From: Geosiphon pyriformis uo1
Lineage: Eukaryota; Fungi; Glomeromycota
NCBI GenBank assembly: GCA_016748015.1
Contig: JAAOMT010000283.1
Location: 587,277 to 651,276, forward strand
DNA: 64,000 nt
Direction of reading: 5' to 3'
A model generated the notes under the pieces. It did no database searches. It was not told the origin of the DNA and saw nothing but the letters and a program-made list of their open reading frames with translations. Shown here in pieces: positions 1-13,699 of this stretch. A program made the position numbers and the translations under genes. Numbering within the stretch: position 1 is the stretch's first letter; each line of letters starts with the position of its first letter.

Positions 1-2450
1 AATGTACCACAAGTAGCGGGTACTCAGGCATGTTGTCTTTGATAGAAGAGTTGTAATTCTTGGGTTTCTCAGTCTAATTTTGCATTGGTTTTTTGGAGCC
101 AATCATTTCCGACAAGGGCTTGATACTGGAGCACATCTATTACAAGAACTTTGACTGGAATGGTGATTCCATCAAGAGTGAACAGAAAATTGTCAATTTC
201 TCCTACTGGAGTCTTTTTCATGCCATCGGCAGTAATGATTACTGTTTGAGCTGATCAGTCAACATTTCTCTTTAACTGTTGCATTAACTGGTAGGTGATG
301 ATGCTTCTGGCAGATCTACTGTCTAGGATCAAGTAAATTGCCTTTCCTTTAACTTCTGTTTTAGTATACATAGCAGTAATTGCTTTTTGTTCATTGGCAG
401 CTGCATTGCTAAGCAGAAATGGTGACTCATTTGCTTCAAACTCAAAAGGGAATATATCTGAAAGATTGGCATTTTCAGCAATTTTGGCTGGTGAGATTGT
501 GGTAGAAGTATAGGAAGAGTTTTGTTGTTGTGCTGCAGCTTTACCTTCCGAAAGTGCAGTATGGTAAAAATCCTGTTCTTCAGGTATTGTAAGATAGCTA
601 GGTTGAGTATGATAATGGGTAGGTCTTGGCTGAGCTGGATTTTGGGGAACTAATTAGTTATTTGGGTTGATTCTGTTGTTGTTTGTTGTGAATCAGTTTT
701 GTGGTGCAAATTGGTTTTGTTGAACCAATCTTCGAACAAATACTTGGTAATGTTGAATGGATTGTCGATACTGTTGTTGCATTGGCTGTAAAGCAGGTTG
801 ATAATAGTCAGTTTGATATTGTGGTCTTGGTGGATAATAAGCTAGTGGTAGTGGTGGTTGGTAATAAGATTGCTGTGGTGAAAGGTAACATTGATTACTC
901 CTGTTTTGTTAGTCTTGTTGTAGCTTTCTGCAATTTTTTTTCCAGTGGCCAGGGATTCCACAGTAATAGCAATTCTGAGGCTGGTTATTAGAAGATAATA
1001 CAAAGTTGTTTTGATTCTGTCTTTGGGGTGGTTGATATTTTTGGGGTTGCTGTTGTTGTTGGTTGGTGAAATAGTATTTGACTTTCTTTGTGAGTTGGTC
1101 AATTTTTTCTTCAGCTGCTGAGCTGGCCTCCAATGGCTAAGTCCACAAGTTTTGTATGATTGGCTTCTTCCATGGCCATTTCATATCTCTTTGCATGCTG
1201 AATAGTAGAGTTTAAATCTTCTGGAGCATGTGGACAAACCTTTTTAATCAGTTTATCCTTTAAACCAGCGATAAATTGATCCAAGATTTAAGCATTGGAA
1301 TAATAATTATTAGTTTCAAGTTGGCAAATTCGTCTGAGAAGTTTGTTGAACTTCTCAATATAAGTCATGACAGATTTGGAGGGTTTTTGTTTGATATTGC
1401 GAAAACAATTTTGAAGTGTAATTGAGGTGTTGTTATTGGTGAATTGTTCTAAGAAAGCAGTTTTAAAAGCTGTCCAGTCATTAAAAGGGGTGGTCAAGTT
1501 TTTGAACCATTCGCCTGCTGTTCCTTTGAGAAAGTAGGGAATTGTTCTTAACATTCTGGCAGCATTTCATCCATTTGCATCTCCAGTTTTAGTAACTTGG
1601 TCAAGCCATTCTTGGGGACTGGTCTTAATGTTTTCTCTATTAAATTCAGGGATTTTTGCAATGTATGCTGTCATTTCGTCTTCTTTGTTTTCACTGTCTA
1701 TTGATTTTTCTTTAGATATTTCAGAGTCATTTTCTTCGTTCACTGCTGTCTCAGAGTGTTCACTTCAATTTTCAGCTAGAAAATCAAAGAGATTGGAACT
1801 AGATTGAAGGGGTTCTTGTTGTCTGGTAGGACTTCTGGGTGATGTAAAATCTTCTAGTCTTGCAAATCAATTTAAGGGTAAATTAGGTGTTTGTGCTTGT
1901 ACAAGTAAAGCTGAAAAAAGTGTGATAGTAAGTGGAAGTTTTGAACTGGTTTCTTGTTCAGGTGTTTGTAAGTGTTTGGCAGTTGTTTTTGGTAGTATTG
2001 GAGTATTTGGGGTGGTTTTTGAGTATTGCTTCAATTTTTGTTTGCCTTTGTTGCTTGTTTCTGTCTTTGATTTAAAATCAATAGAGTATTGAGACTGCAC
2101 TGGATATGTTTCTTCACAGTACTTGATAATGTTAAAATTAAGTTCTTAAAAGTAAGTGGCAAGTGTTTCACTGTTAAGGTCTTTAGTTCTCAACTGTGAA
2201 TAGTGTACTAAATTATTGTAAAGGTTGCTTTTAACTTCTGAGATATTGTAATTTTCAAAAAGATAATTATTGATGCAGTTTTCAATATATTGGTATACTG
2301 ATTTCTTGACAACTTCAATTCCGTCTGGAATGTTGAATCTTTGCTTGCAGTGGATATAAATTGACTGGTAATACTCTAGAGTTGTTGGGTCTGGTGTGGT
2401 TGCCACTTTGAAGTTGTTTTTGCTGTGTTGTTTCCATGAGAGAGCACCAA
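1..2450 (-). pseudogene. Leader-gag-protease region of Gypsy A (interrupted by stops)
   Basis: ORF fragments 2146-2460, 1867-2100, 1288-1554 and 909-1133 align with the element B polyprotein; Gag ATG at 1674. Confidence 0.88.
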
Positions 2451-2451
2451 A

Positions 2452-3421
2452 TGTTATCAAAAGTTTTTGGTCTCTTCTTAGTTTTTGTATGTTTGTTGTA
2501 ATGCTGTTAATTCATGACTATGGGAAGTGTTTGAATCTCCGATAACTGAATTTATTTTCAAATTATCTCCTATAATTTGAACTGCTGGGCTTATAAGTAG
2601 AATGACCAATTTCTTGCCAGTTACTTTATGTAATTACATTGTAGGAAATGTCAATTCTTTTTCAGGAATTGCTTGTCTGGAAGCTTACTAAAAATGTGTA
2701 GTTACTTTGCTGTGAAAGTCAACTTTTCTACAGAAATCTCGTCTGTAGGCTACCCTAATAATTGTAATAAGAAAAGAAAAAAAAAATAAAATAAATGTAA
2801 AAAAAATAGGATTTTATCAAGGAAAACCTTTTCTATCCAGGCCTGGAGTCACTAACAGTTTACTGAAATTAGTAGCTAATCAATTTCAAAACGTTAATTG
2901 GGTTTTGGGGATTTTCCAAGTGCAATAATTAAAGAATTTGGTTTTTCAAATTATTTGATATTTATTTCTCTTTGTGTGTATAGGAATAGTTTTAAGTGAT
3001 AAATCTAAAGTAAGATACATTTTCTCGAAGAGAGAAGCTCTTTTTTTATACAACTTGTTGTAACACTATTCTATAAACTTGAACTTAGCTATTTTCTTTA
3101 ATTTTACTGAACTAGAGATACATTTCGGCAAACTATAAGTTATTTCTGCAAACTATTAGATATTTCAGTGAACTATCAATTATTTTGGCAAATTTCTACA
3201 AATTTTGGTGAACTTTTTAAATGTTACATAGTTCAGGGTATTGCATGATTGATCATCGCAATTAGGTTACATTTGTGTTATGTACAAATTGGGTTATTAA
3301 TTAAATGATAATTTCGAATATTTTGCTAATGTAATAAGTGATAATTTGAAATGCTAATTAATGATAAGAATTATAAGGGTAATTTCATGCTAAGCAATAT
3401 CTTTAATTTTGTCTGGTAACA
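2452..3421 (-). repeat. 5' LTR of Gypsy A
   Basis: Termini TGTTATCA...CTGGTAACA; similar by eye to LTRs at 10385-11379 and 20227-21242; PBS immediately adjacent. Confidence 0.9.
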
Positions 3422-6400
3422 ACATTCTGGTCACATTTCTTTATGACTTTAGATCGGTTTTTCTACTTAAATAATAGTGTTTATTCCAGGTTTTTAAGTA
3501 GACCATTATGTTATTTAAGTAGACCAGAACAAAGTTTTCTTTTACTAATTCAAATACTTTGTTTATTAGACATTAAAAGATGGAAGGAGCATTGGTGAAA
3601 CCAAAAGGCATGATTGTGAATTCATAGGTGTCATACTTAGTAATGAAGGCAGTTTTCTTTCTGCTTTTTGGATCCATTTCTATTTGTCAGAATTTAACAG
3701 TTAAGTTAATAGTTGAGAAAAAAACAGCACTATTGAATTTATCTAGCATTGCATCAATTTTGAAAAGGGGATACATGTCTCTTATAGTGATGGCATTTAA
3801 TTAGTGGTAATTAATACAAAGTGTAGGATTCCACCTTTCTTGAATATTACTACAACTGAAAAAGCTTATTTACTCTTGGTTTTTTGTATAAATCCAAGAT
3901 CTTTTATCCAGTTTATCTCTTTCTTAATAAACTTATCATTGTGTCGATTAGAATGATAAGGCTTTAAATGGATGGAATGAGTTTCTTTTATGATAATAAT
4001 GTGTTGTATTACATGGGTTTGTCTAAAAGTATTATTTTCTTTTGAGATAACTGGGCTATTTCTAGCCAACAGATTTTTAATGTCTATTTTTCTTTCTTCA
4101 AGGAAAGATTTTTTTTGTTTTACAACTAGTGATTAGATTTCAGGTAGTTCATTCTCAAAAAACTTCTGTACTTTTTTTAGTTTTTCTTTGAGTATCAAAC
4201 TAATTGGCTCCCAATCTTTGTAATAGATTAGGCAAGACTTGTATTTATCACTAGGGAAATACAAAGGTTTATCACACCAGCACCTGGCACAAATATCATA
4301 TTACCAATAACTGTATTTTGCTTTTTTGCCAGGTTTTCTATCAAAAGTTTTTCTGAGAATATCATAGTAGGGCCAGCAAATCAGCTTGTTATTTACTATG
4401 ATTTCTTTTTTGTCAACTTTAATATTGTCTAGTGACTTGCTATTGCTGGTGAAAATAGTATAAGTGAGTTCAGCAGTTTTTTCTTGTTTTTTTTTGATTT
4501 TCTTTTTTATTACTTTCATCATCATTTGATTTATCTGATCGTTCTTTTTCTTGGTTTTGCTTGGATACTAGAAGAGTTGTCTAATGATAGCACTAATCCA
4601 CAATGGGTTTTTCACCACATCTGATGATTTGTTTACAGAGTTTATAATCAAGGAAGACTTTTGCTTTCTTGAGCCATTCATTGCCAACTATTATGATGTA
4701 TTTTTTTTACTTCAGATACTTTCATGTTAGTTTTAATGCTGATGTCATTGATTTGGACAGGAACAGCTTTGGCTATGCCCAGATTTTTCTTCTTGTCATC
4801 ATGTATATTGGTTATTGGTTTTGTGAATAGTTTATTAATTTTTTTGCCAATTGCTTCTAAAAAGTGTTTGGCAATAATGCTAACAGATAACTTACTGTTC
4901 AGGATCAGATTAATGAAGTAACCAGCCACTTGGGCTTTACAAATGAGAAGAGTAACATTGCTGTTGTCAGCAAGTCCAGCTTGGCATGAGCACTTATTAA
5001 TTTTTGGTGTCTTTTTCTTGGAAATTAAAGATTTGTGAAGGTCTTTTCTGAATTGAAGATGGGTTATTAACTGGTCAAAGGTAATGTGAGCAAGTGTTTT
5101 CATGAGATCTTTGACAACACAATAGGATCCAGATTTTTGTACAATTTTTGGGAGTTCTAATCTTGAAGAATTTTTAAAAACTTTAGTTTTTGGTGGCTTA
5201 TTGTTATTAGCAATTAATATGGAAGCTTTCTTTGGATCTATAATGAAATCAACCTTGGCTTTTTTTTCTTTCTTGGTGATTCAGAAATATTGATTGTTAG
5301 TTTATCTATATTATGGTCATCATCAGTTAAGTTAAAAACATAAAAAGAGTTTTCTTCTGGTTGGCTTGTACTCTCACCTTTTGGAAATGCACCTACCAAT
5401 TTAAAGGCTGATAAACAGTAGCTTCAACTAGGGGATTCTCTCCAAAGAAATTGATGTTGGCATAATTGGGTTTTTGATTGAAGATATTGTTGTTAATGGT
5501 TCTGTTGTTTTAATTATCATTGTTTCTAGAAACTGGAAATAGCAAAGGAAGATTGTTGCAATCTCTTGAGAAATGTCTAATTAATTTATAGTAGTAGCAT
5601 ACAAGTGGGTCACAATTTTGCTGTCTTTGGTAAAAGAACTGCTAGAATTGATTAAAACAGAGTTCAAATTTGGGTCTTTGGAGTTGTTGATTCTCTCTGA
5701 CTGCTTGGACTAAAGATTCCAATAACCAGGCAAGATTAGCTGTGAGTTTATCTATTAACTGTTTATTTGGGTCTTGAGTTTGAGCAGCAAAAGAAGTAGC
5801 AGCCATTTGTAGAGCAGAAGCCATAACAAGAGCAAGAACAAAAACTGAAAATGTGAATTCTAGGTGCATTTTTTGATTGTCTTCTATTCTCTGGACAAGT
5901 TCAATGGCCATATCTATTGTGAGATTGTTTTTTAATGCCAGAAGAGGCCAAAGAGCATAGAAAAGATCAGTTTTTAATTCTTTTGTAAAGGAATGAATCT
6001 TTTGCTTTTCTGTTCAGTTCTTTTCAGAGTCTACTTGCTTGATTAATTTTCTGATTGCTTTGGCATACTCAATTACAACTTCACCAGAATCTTGAATTTT
6101 TCTTTCTAATTCTATGTACTATTTAGATATTAAGATAGGAGTTCTAAATTTCATTTCAAACCAGATAGTAAAAGAGGTATTGTCTTCTCCAGCATTTGCC
6201 AGTATCTATCTAATAATTTTTTGCTAAGCATTGGCATTGGTTTTTTGTGAGAACTAAGTAGCAGGAGAGTTTTGGAGGTAGCCACCAACAATTTGGAACT
6301 TGTATTCATTATCATATTGGTTTGCTGTGGCAGTTCTTTCAAAGTTATCCAACTATTCAATTGGATCTTGTGCATCATTTCTAAACAAGAGTAATAAAGT

Positions 6401-7699
6401 GTTGTTTTTTCTTTCCAAAGCAGTTTGTATGCCTTGGAAAACAATCAGAATGTTCTGTTGCATAAAATCATTAGCTATTGGTTCAGAAGTTACTGTTTAA
6501 GTAAAATGATTTGATTTATTTGAGAAGAAATCAAAAACAGGAGCAGTTTGATAGCTTTCTTTTTCTGTTTCAAGAGAAGTTTCAGTTGATTAATAAGCAG
6601 CAATCCAGATATGAATTTGATGATTCAAATATTCGAAATCAGGGGGCTGTTGTTCAAAGGTTGTGAAATATAAAAGCTGATTAATGCTGTTGTTTTTTCT
6701 TCAAAGTTGTCTTTAAAGTAAGCTTGATTAAAGTAATAAGTTATATAAGCTGTGTAGATTTTAGCTTAATGCTCATTCAGGAACCAGTTTCAAAAATCTT
6801 GGAATTGTCTGCTAGATTGTTCTTCAATAAGAAAGCAAATTAAGCAGAAGGGCAAAGGATCGAGTTCAATAAAGTCTAGATCGTTTTTGTTGTGTGCTTT
6901 AAAGTATTCTTCTGATTATTGTAACAAATATGAATAATCACCCATACAATGAAAAACAAAGTGGATTTTGACAACCTCACAGAAAGCACCACTTTTATGT
7001 TATGGGTTGAAATAACAAGCTAACAGATAACAAGAGAAAACAGAATTGTAGAGTGATAAAAGGAATCAAAGGAAATTTAATTTCAAAGAGCAAATTAAAT
7101 AAGTATGGATATAATGTACAAGATCAGTCTTATAAAATATTTCAGTCACTATACTTTTCAAAAAATAACCAGGAAATTTGAAGGTAGAGAGATAGTCTGT
7201 ACTGTTAACAAATGATCACACACTGGTATAATTTTATGCTTCATGTTAGCACTTTTAGAATTCAATATCAGATATCAGATGTACTTTTTAGTCACATTTT
7301 ATTCAATAATTTTTAAATGATACAATTATATGTTTTAGAAAAAAGGTAGAAAATAACCAACAAGTAATTTTTTATCCCAAGATATTCAGATACTTGAAGG
7401 TAGAGAAAAAAAAATTAGCAATAAGAGAATGATTGAGATGAAAGTTGTTATTTTATTTATTTTTTTCTTTGATTTTTACATATTTTTCTACAGCTAAAAG
7501 ATTTATCACTTATATAGTTATCAAAAGTAGTCAATAATTAGGTCAATGACTAGGTCAATGATTAGGTCAATAATTAGGTCAATGATTAGGTTAACAGTTC
7601 TATTAATAATTATTTTCTAAAAATCAAGTGGCTAATTATATAATATCAGTGGCTAATACATGTAATAATTAATAAAAAGTATAAGTTTCAACCATAACA
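3422..7699 (-). mobile_element. Ty3/Gypsy LTR retrotransposon C (different family; LTR, PBS, gag, protease, RT; interrupted in RT by element A)
   Basis: LTR 6998-7699 (TGTTATGG...CCATAACA); PBS TGGTGCTTTCTGTGAGG at ~6975-6991. Gag (DAQDPIE...), degenerate zinc knuckle ~5560-5600, protease LILNSK (from DSG) ~4890-4910, RT motifs MPFGFTNAP and YLNN (from YLDD) ~3505-3610. Confidence 0.88.
6998..7699 (-). repeat. 5' LTR of Gypsy C, with 12-bp tandem repeat (aTGATTAGGTCA-like, ~5 copies) at ~7530-7590
   Basis: 8-bp inverted termini TGTTATGG/CCATAACA; PBS 6 nt inside; tandem repeat visible. Confidence 0.85.
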
Positions 7700-10384
7700 A
7701 TATATTAAACTTATTATAAACCACTAAAATTTGGTTAAACAAAATCTTTGAAAAAACTTTTCTAGCAGTCTTAATTAAAACAATTAGTTTAGTGGCTATT
7801 AGTATATTTTTTTATTTATAAAGCTTAAGAATTATTAAAACTTAAACATATTTCTAAGCATTAAAAATTATCTTTTTAATAAACACATATTTAAAAAATT
7901 TAAAAACCAAACTTAAACAAACTTATTACAATGTTTTCATATTTTATTTGAAATTTTAAAAAATTCAGCAGCTTTTTTCTTAAAAAAATTTCTAATAATC
8001 AACAAAAATTTATTCAAACAAATTTATTTTATAATATTAGTAAATATATTGATTAAAAAATAGTTTAAAAAAGCAAATTGTTTCTGTTAATATATAAGCA
8101 TCTTATTTTTAACAACATATTGTTTAATTTAGGTTTTTATTAATAAATTCATTTTGTTTTTAACTTCATCAGAATTTAATATTAGTTTTTAATTATTAAC
8201 TAAATAATCTAAAGCAATTTTTCTAAAAAATTATTTTAAAATATTACTAATTATAAAATTTTAATTATTAACAAAAGCTTTTATGTATTTGGAAATAGTA
8301 TTACAAATACATAAATCTTTAATAATTTTAAATATACATATTTTACAAGATCTGTATATTTTTTTTAAACAAACCAAAAATTATTTAACTTCATAAATAC
8401 TAGTGCTAATATTTAAAAAAATCCAAAACTCTACAACCAAAACAAAATTAAGTTTTTTTTAAATACTCACAAAGTTTTTAATATTTCTTAAATTATTTAT
8501 TTTAAATACTTGAAAATTTTTAAAATAAGCAACTCTAATTTGTAAAACTTAAAAAATTTAGCATTTTAAACAAAGCTTTTATTATAAGTCTGTATTTTAA
8601 ATAACACAGCATTAGCAATATTATATATACTTTTGTTTAACAAATTTTATATTTTATTAAAATTACTATCTTTTTTCCAAACACTAAAAACATCTATATT
8701 TTACAATACAGTTTTCAAAATCAAACTATTATATTTGGTCTATATATTTCCATTAACTTTTATTATTTTATATTTTCATTTATTTTTATTAACTTATTTA
8801 TATATTAAAATTAAAAATCCAAAAAACTATTTAAACTAATATTTACTAATAATACTAAATAATTTATGTCAAAAAACTTTTAAAAAAAATAGTTTGTTAA
8901 ATATATATTGAATTTTGAAGGTTTTTACTAACCAAAATAAAATCTATGCATTTTTTATTCTTTTAAAATTAGATTATGTGAACACTTTGTGCAAAATCGA
9001 ATTATAAAAAAAATCCATCAAATTCAAATTCAAAAATTTTTTGAAATTAATACTATAACTATAATTATTTTTATTAAAATCTTTATTTAAAACAACAAAA
9101 ATACTGATATTTAAAGCATTTGTTATTATAAAGTTAAATTTTTAAGCCTAAATTAGCTTCTTTTTTAAGATAATATTTGTATATAAACTTAAGATAACAA
9201 CTAATTATTTATTTTTAAACAATAATTAGACTAATATAAATTTGTTAAAAATTTTAAAAATTTTAAAAACATATTTAGTTAATTGGTTATTTACAATTAT
9301 TCTAACATTAACATCTAAAAAACCAAAGTTTAAATCTAAAATAAATATTTATATATTATTAAATTTATTTACAATAAAAAATTTCATATTTAAATGCAAT
9401 TTAATTTTTATAAATATTGAAATATTATTATTTAACTTTTTATATTATCTAATAAAATCATTTTATTTAATAAGAACATTTATGCTTTTAATATTACAAA
9501 TAGCTATTTTTTTTATTAAACTATTTATTAAAAATAGAAAAATAAAATCACATTATTACTTGAATAAAGAAATTTTATTTTTTTTAAAACTGTTTTAACA
9601 AATCTATCTAAGACTAATATATTGACTTTAAGATAATTAATTTGTAATATTAATACTTTTAATTTATTTATAAAAAATTCTAAGGAATTGTTTATTATAA
9701 TAAATATAATACAGTAAATTAATGATTTGTTATTTATAATTATGTTTAAATTTAAGCTATTTATAAACAAAAACAATCTAAGATTTTTATCTTTTAATAA
9801 ATATATCTTTTTAGCAATTTTTAGTTAAAAAAATAGGAAATAAAGTTTAGTTTACATAATATATTATTAATTTAATTAACAAAAAATGCCAAAAAACATT
9901 CTAAAATATTTAAATAAAGTCTAAAACCAAAACTATAATATTATTATTTAAAATATTTAAACCACTTATTATTATTGAAAATCATAAAAAAGAGCATAAA
10001 ATAAAATAAAAAGCTTATTATTAATTACCAAAACTTAGAGCTTATTACTAAAAAAACTAGACAAAAAATTAATGTATGTTTTTTCATATATATATAATAT
10101 TGTTAATTTAGAATAAACAAAATATTTTTATTATAGACAAACAATTTGTTACCAATTATACAACTGTTTAAAACATAATTTAATTATTAATAAGCAGTAT
10201 ATAAAGATAATATTAGACAAGTTTAGCACAAACTTATATTTTTAAAAACTAAAATTAAGCAAATTACAGATTATTAGCTTTTAAAGCTTTACTTATATTA
10301 TCTAAATTACTGTTTATTTTGTTTTTTTAAGACTAATATAAAATACTTTTATTATTATTTAAATATCAAAATTTATAAAACCAG
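7700..10384 (-). mobile_element. Highly eroded non-LTR (LINE) retrotransposon ORF2 remnant (endonuclease/RT N-terminal part); host of elements C and B
   Basis: Minus-strand translation at ~7700-7980 reads AAEFFKISNKI*KHC...ATKLIVLIKTARKVFSKILFNQI, matching the LINE RT region KA.G.SGISNE.WKH...TRPIALIETARKILSKIL after G>A/C>T erosion. The rest is extremely AT-rich and only weakly assignable. Confidence 0.6.
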
Positions 10385-11379
10385 TGTTATCAGAGGTTTC
10401 TGGTCTCTTTTCTTGAATGTTGCAAATGTCTGTTGGTTGCAAATTTACGTTTTCTAGAAGTAGTTGAACCTTTAGTAACTGAATTTATCTTCAAATTATC
10501 TCTTATAATTTGAACTGCTGGGCTTATAAGTGGAATAGCCAATTCTTTGCCAGTTACTTTATGTAGTTATGTTGTAGTAAATGTCAACTCTTTCCCAGGA
10601 ATTGCTCATCTGGAAGCTCACTAAAAATGTGTAGTTACTTTGCTGTGAAAGTCAACTCTTCTACAGGAATCTCATCTGTAGACTACCCTATTGATTATAA
10701 TAAGAAAATAAAAGAAAAGTAAAAGAAATATAAAAGAAATTGAATTCTGTCAAGGAAAACGTTTTCTATTCGGCCTGGAGTTACTAACAGTTTACTGAAA
10801 TTGGTAGCTAATCAATTTCAAAATGTTAATTGGGTTTTTGGGGATTTTTCAAGTGCAATAATTTAAAGAATTTTGGTTTTTTGAATTATTTGATATTTAT
10901 TTCTTTTTTTTGTGTATAGGAATGGTTCTAAGTGATAAATCTAAAGTAAGATACATTTTCTTAAAGAGAAAAGCTCTTCTTTTATACAACTTGTTGTAGT
11001 ACTAGTCTATGGACTTGCACTTTTTTTTTTTGCTTAAATTTCGGCAAACTAAAGATACATTTTAATGAACTACAAGTTATTTTGCTGAACTATTGATTAA
11101 TTTGGATGAATTATTCATAATTTCGGCGAATTTCTTATAAATTTTGGCGAATTTCTGTAAATTTCGGCGAATTTTAGAATGTTACAAAGTTCAGGGTATT
11201 GTGTAATTTGATCATTCTACTTTCTGTCATACTAATTGTATTATTTAATTGAATCGTGATATGTGATAATTGAATAAATAATAAGTGATAATTTGAAATG
11301 ATATTAATATACTAATTAATTTATAGAAATTATAAGGATAATTTCATGCTAATTGATAGCTAAAATTCTACTGGTAACA
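10385..11379 (-). repeat. 3' LTR of Gypsy B
   Basis: Direct repeat of 20227-21242; PPT adjacent. Confidence 0.96.
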
Positions 11380-11396
11380 TAATCTCCTTCTCAAGA
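11380..11396 (-). other. Polypurine tract of Gypsy B
   Basis: Minus strand TCTTGAGAAGGAGATTA directly before the 3' LTR TG. Confidence 0.85.
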
Positions 11397-11399
11397 CTA

Positions 11400-12067
11400 A
11401 ACTCCATTAAAGTCCAAGCATTATCTATGATATTGAGATAATGATCCAAAATAATTGAAGTAATCTGGTCTGAAAATTGTTGAAATTTCAGTTCTGTGAG
11501 TTTGCCAATGTATTAAATTTTCATTGGTTGTAGTATTGGATTTTGTAGAACATTTTCACAAGTATTAAACAAATCATAAAGTCTAAAAGCTGCTCTAAAT
11601 TTGTAGCAAGTGTTTGTTGGTTCAGCTGCTGTTTTAAATTCATTGTAAATTTGTTTTTGTATAGCTTCAGGAGTGAAATTTGTTGCTTCAAGTTCCAGTT
11701 TTCGTTCATAAAGTGTCTTTCCAATGTGAAAGTATTTATAGATAGGGGTGTGTTTATTGTTCTGTTTATTGAGAAGTAGTAGAAGTTTTTGTTGCATTGT
11801 AGCATTTGGTGAAATGTCAATAAGAGCAATTAAAAGATTTTCTTTCAGTGCTTGCTTTAAAAGTCTTGATAACCTATTTTCAGAGTGACTTCTTGTTTTT
11901 CTTTTATAAAGGTGATAGTTCTGTGGATGATTTACTACTGGGACTGTGGTTTTTTTCTGAATGTAATTAATTTGACTTTCATTAATTGTTATAGATAAGT
12001 CAGAAAGTGTTTTCAAGACTAACATTAACTTTTGGGATATTTGTTGAATATTTCGAAGAATAATCAT
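11400..12067 (-). pseudogene. ORF3 of Gypsy B (env position, ~220 aa, soluble/basic, unknown function; at least one premature stop at 11513)
   Basis: 184-aa ORF 11513-12067 continues past a TAA (likely CAA) toward the PPT. Preceded by a polypyrimidine tract and TAG. Homologous eroded copy at 23570-24230 (+). Confidence 0.75.
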
Positions 12068-12214
12068 GATAAAATTGACTAATTATGAAAAGAGAAAATA
12101 AAAAAAAATTATTTTTGGGTATGGGGTTTTTATTTGTTTTTGGGTTTGGGTGTTTTTTTTTGTAATTATTTACTATTTTTGTCTTTGTGTTTTTATTAAA
12201 AATTATTGTAAAAT

Positions 12215-13420
12215 TTAAGTGTTCAAGTTTGGTTGTTGTTCTATTATAATTATTGGTTCTAAATTTCGGAGAATATCTTCAAGATTAATTAAAGAGAAAT
12301 GTGTACCAATTTGTGAAATTAATGGTTCAGGATTGTTTCTGGAATAATAGTGTTTCAATTTATCTCCATGTGCAACTTTTGATAGTATCTTGTTATCAAG
12401 TCTTAATTTGTATGATCTATTGCCTAGAATTTCGTGAATATAAAATGGTTCATCTTATTTATGTTCAAATTTTCTACTCTATTGTTTTTCAGCCCTAGTT
12501 CTGTATAAGAGAACCTTATTTCCCACTTTAAATTCGTTGGTTATGGGTGGTAATTTGTTGTTATGTTTTTTTTTTTGTTGAGCTTGGAAATGTTCAATAT
12601 GAGTTGCTGCTATTCTTCTTTTTTCTTCCAGTGTACTAAGAAGAATGTAGGCCCTTTTTTGGAGTGTTTCTTGAAAGTTTTCTTCATTAATTGGTTGTAC
12701 AGAGTATATTTCCACTGTGAAATTAATTGGTAATGTTGCTGTCCTTCCATAAGTTAAATCAAATGGTGTGTGTTTCATAGTATCTTGTTTTAGTGTTTTG
12801 TATGCTAGTAACACTAACGGAATAAAGATATCCCATTCCTGCTCAAAGTCTGTTGAGACTTTGGTTAGAGATTCACGCAATGTTCTGTTAAAACATTCTA
12901 CAAGTCCATTTGTTTGAGGGTGATAAGATAATGATAAAGGTCTTTTGACATTGAATTGTTTACAAATTTTTTGTATTAAATTGTTTACAAAATGTGTTCT
13001 TTGATCAGATAAAAGTTTAATTGGACATCCATGCCTACAAATAATGTCTTCATAGATGAAATTTGCTACTGATTTTGCATCTGTTCTTTGGATGGTTCTA
13101 GCTTCAGGCCATTTGGTAAGATAATCTACTGCTACTACAATATAGCGATTTCCTTGGGTTGTGATAGATAATGGTCTGACTAAATCAATTCTAACTCTGT
13201 CAAAAGATTGTCCAACTTTAATTGGATTTAAAGATTCTGTGGGGCAAGTTTCTTCTCTTCTTTGACAACTATTACAAGATTCTACATATTGTTAAATATC
13301 TTTTTGTATGTGAGGCCAAAAATAATGTTCAAGAGTTCTTTGAATTGTTCCATTTTTTCCCAAGTGTGCTAAAAACGGATCTGTGTACATGTTATATAAA
13401 ATTGTTTCTTTTTCATTCTC
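12215..13420 (-). pseudogene. Integrase of Gypsy B (HHCC, DDE core, SH3-like C-terminus; no chromodomain seen)
   Basis: AHLG...YFWP...CNSC; IDLV...VDYLTKWPEA; LLSDQ; YHPQTNGLVE; FKVGNKVLL. Confidence 0.93.
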
Positions 13421-13699
13421 TTGTACTAATCTGAGTGGTTGGTTTGGGTTTCTGTGATTTTTATAATAAATTTTGTTGTGGTGTATGAAATATTGCTTTG
13501 ATTGGTATTGTAAACAATGTTTTTTACTTGAAGACCAATTCTCTGGCATGGTAAGAGTCTCCAAATAGTTTTTAAGATTGCTGTAGTTTCTGGAATCTAT
13601 TGTTGTTTGGTTATTTTGTTGGTAGGTTGGTAAGTTATGGTGGAATTGTTGTTGGTATTAGTCTTGTCTCATTTTTGAAAGGCTATCAACATTGGTGTG

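Larger units (their letters stand above)
1..3421 (-). mobile_element. Ty3/Gypsy LTR retrotransposon copy A (5' part: LTR, PBS, leader, gag, protease; continues off the left edge)
   Basis: 5' LTR 2452-3421, followed on the minus strand by PBS TGGTGCTCTC. Gag capsid (MTAYIAKIPEF...IPYFLKGTAGEWF), zinc knuckle CYYCGIPGHWKKNC, protease-like YLILDSRSA near 300-335. Homologous to element B. Many C>T/G>A stops. Confidence 0.93.

Noticed and set aside
7530-7590. Short tandem arrays (also 11040-11175, 17830-17920, 20875-21045) as CRISPR-like
   Set aside because: No unique spacers; located within LTRs of a eukaryote
8633-9776. Hydrophobic I/L/F/K/N-rich ORFs resembling mitochondrial or membrane proteins
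   Set aside because: Artefacts of extreme AT richness in eroded TE DNA; no mitochondrial motifs
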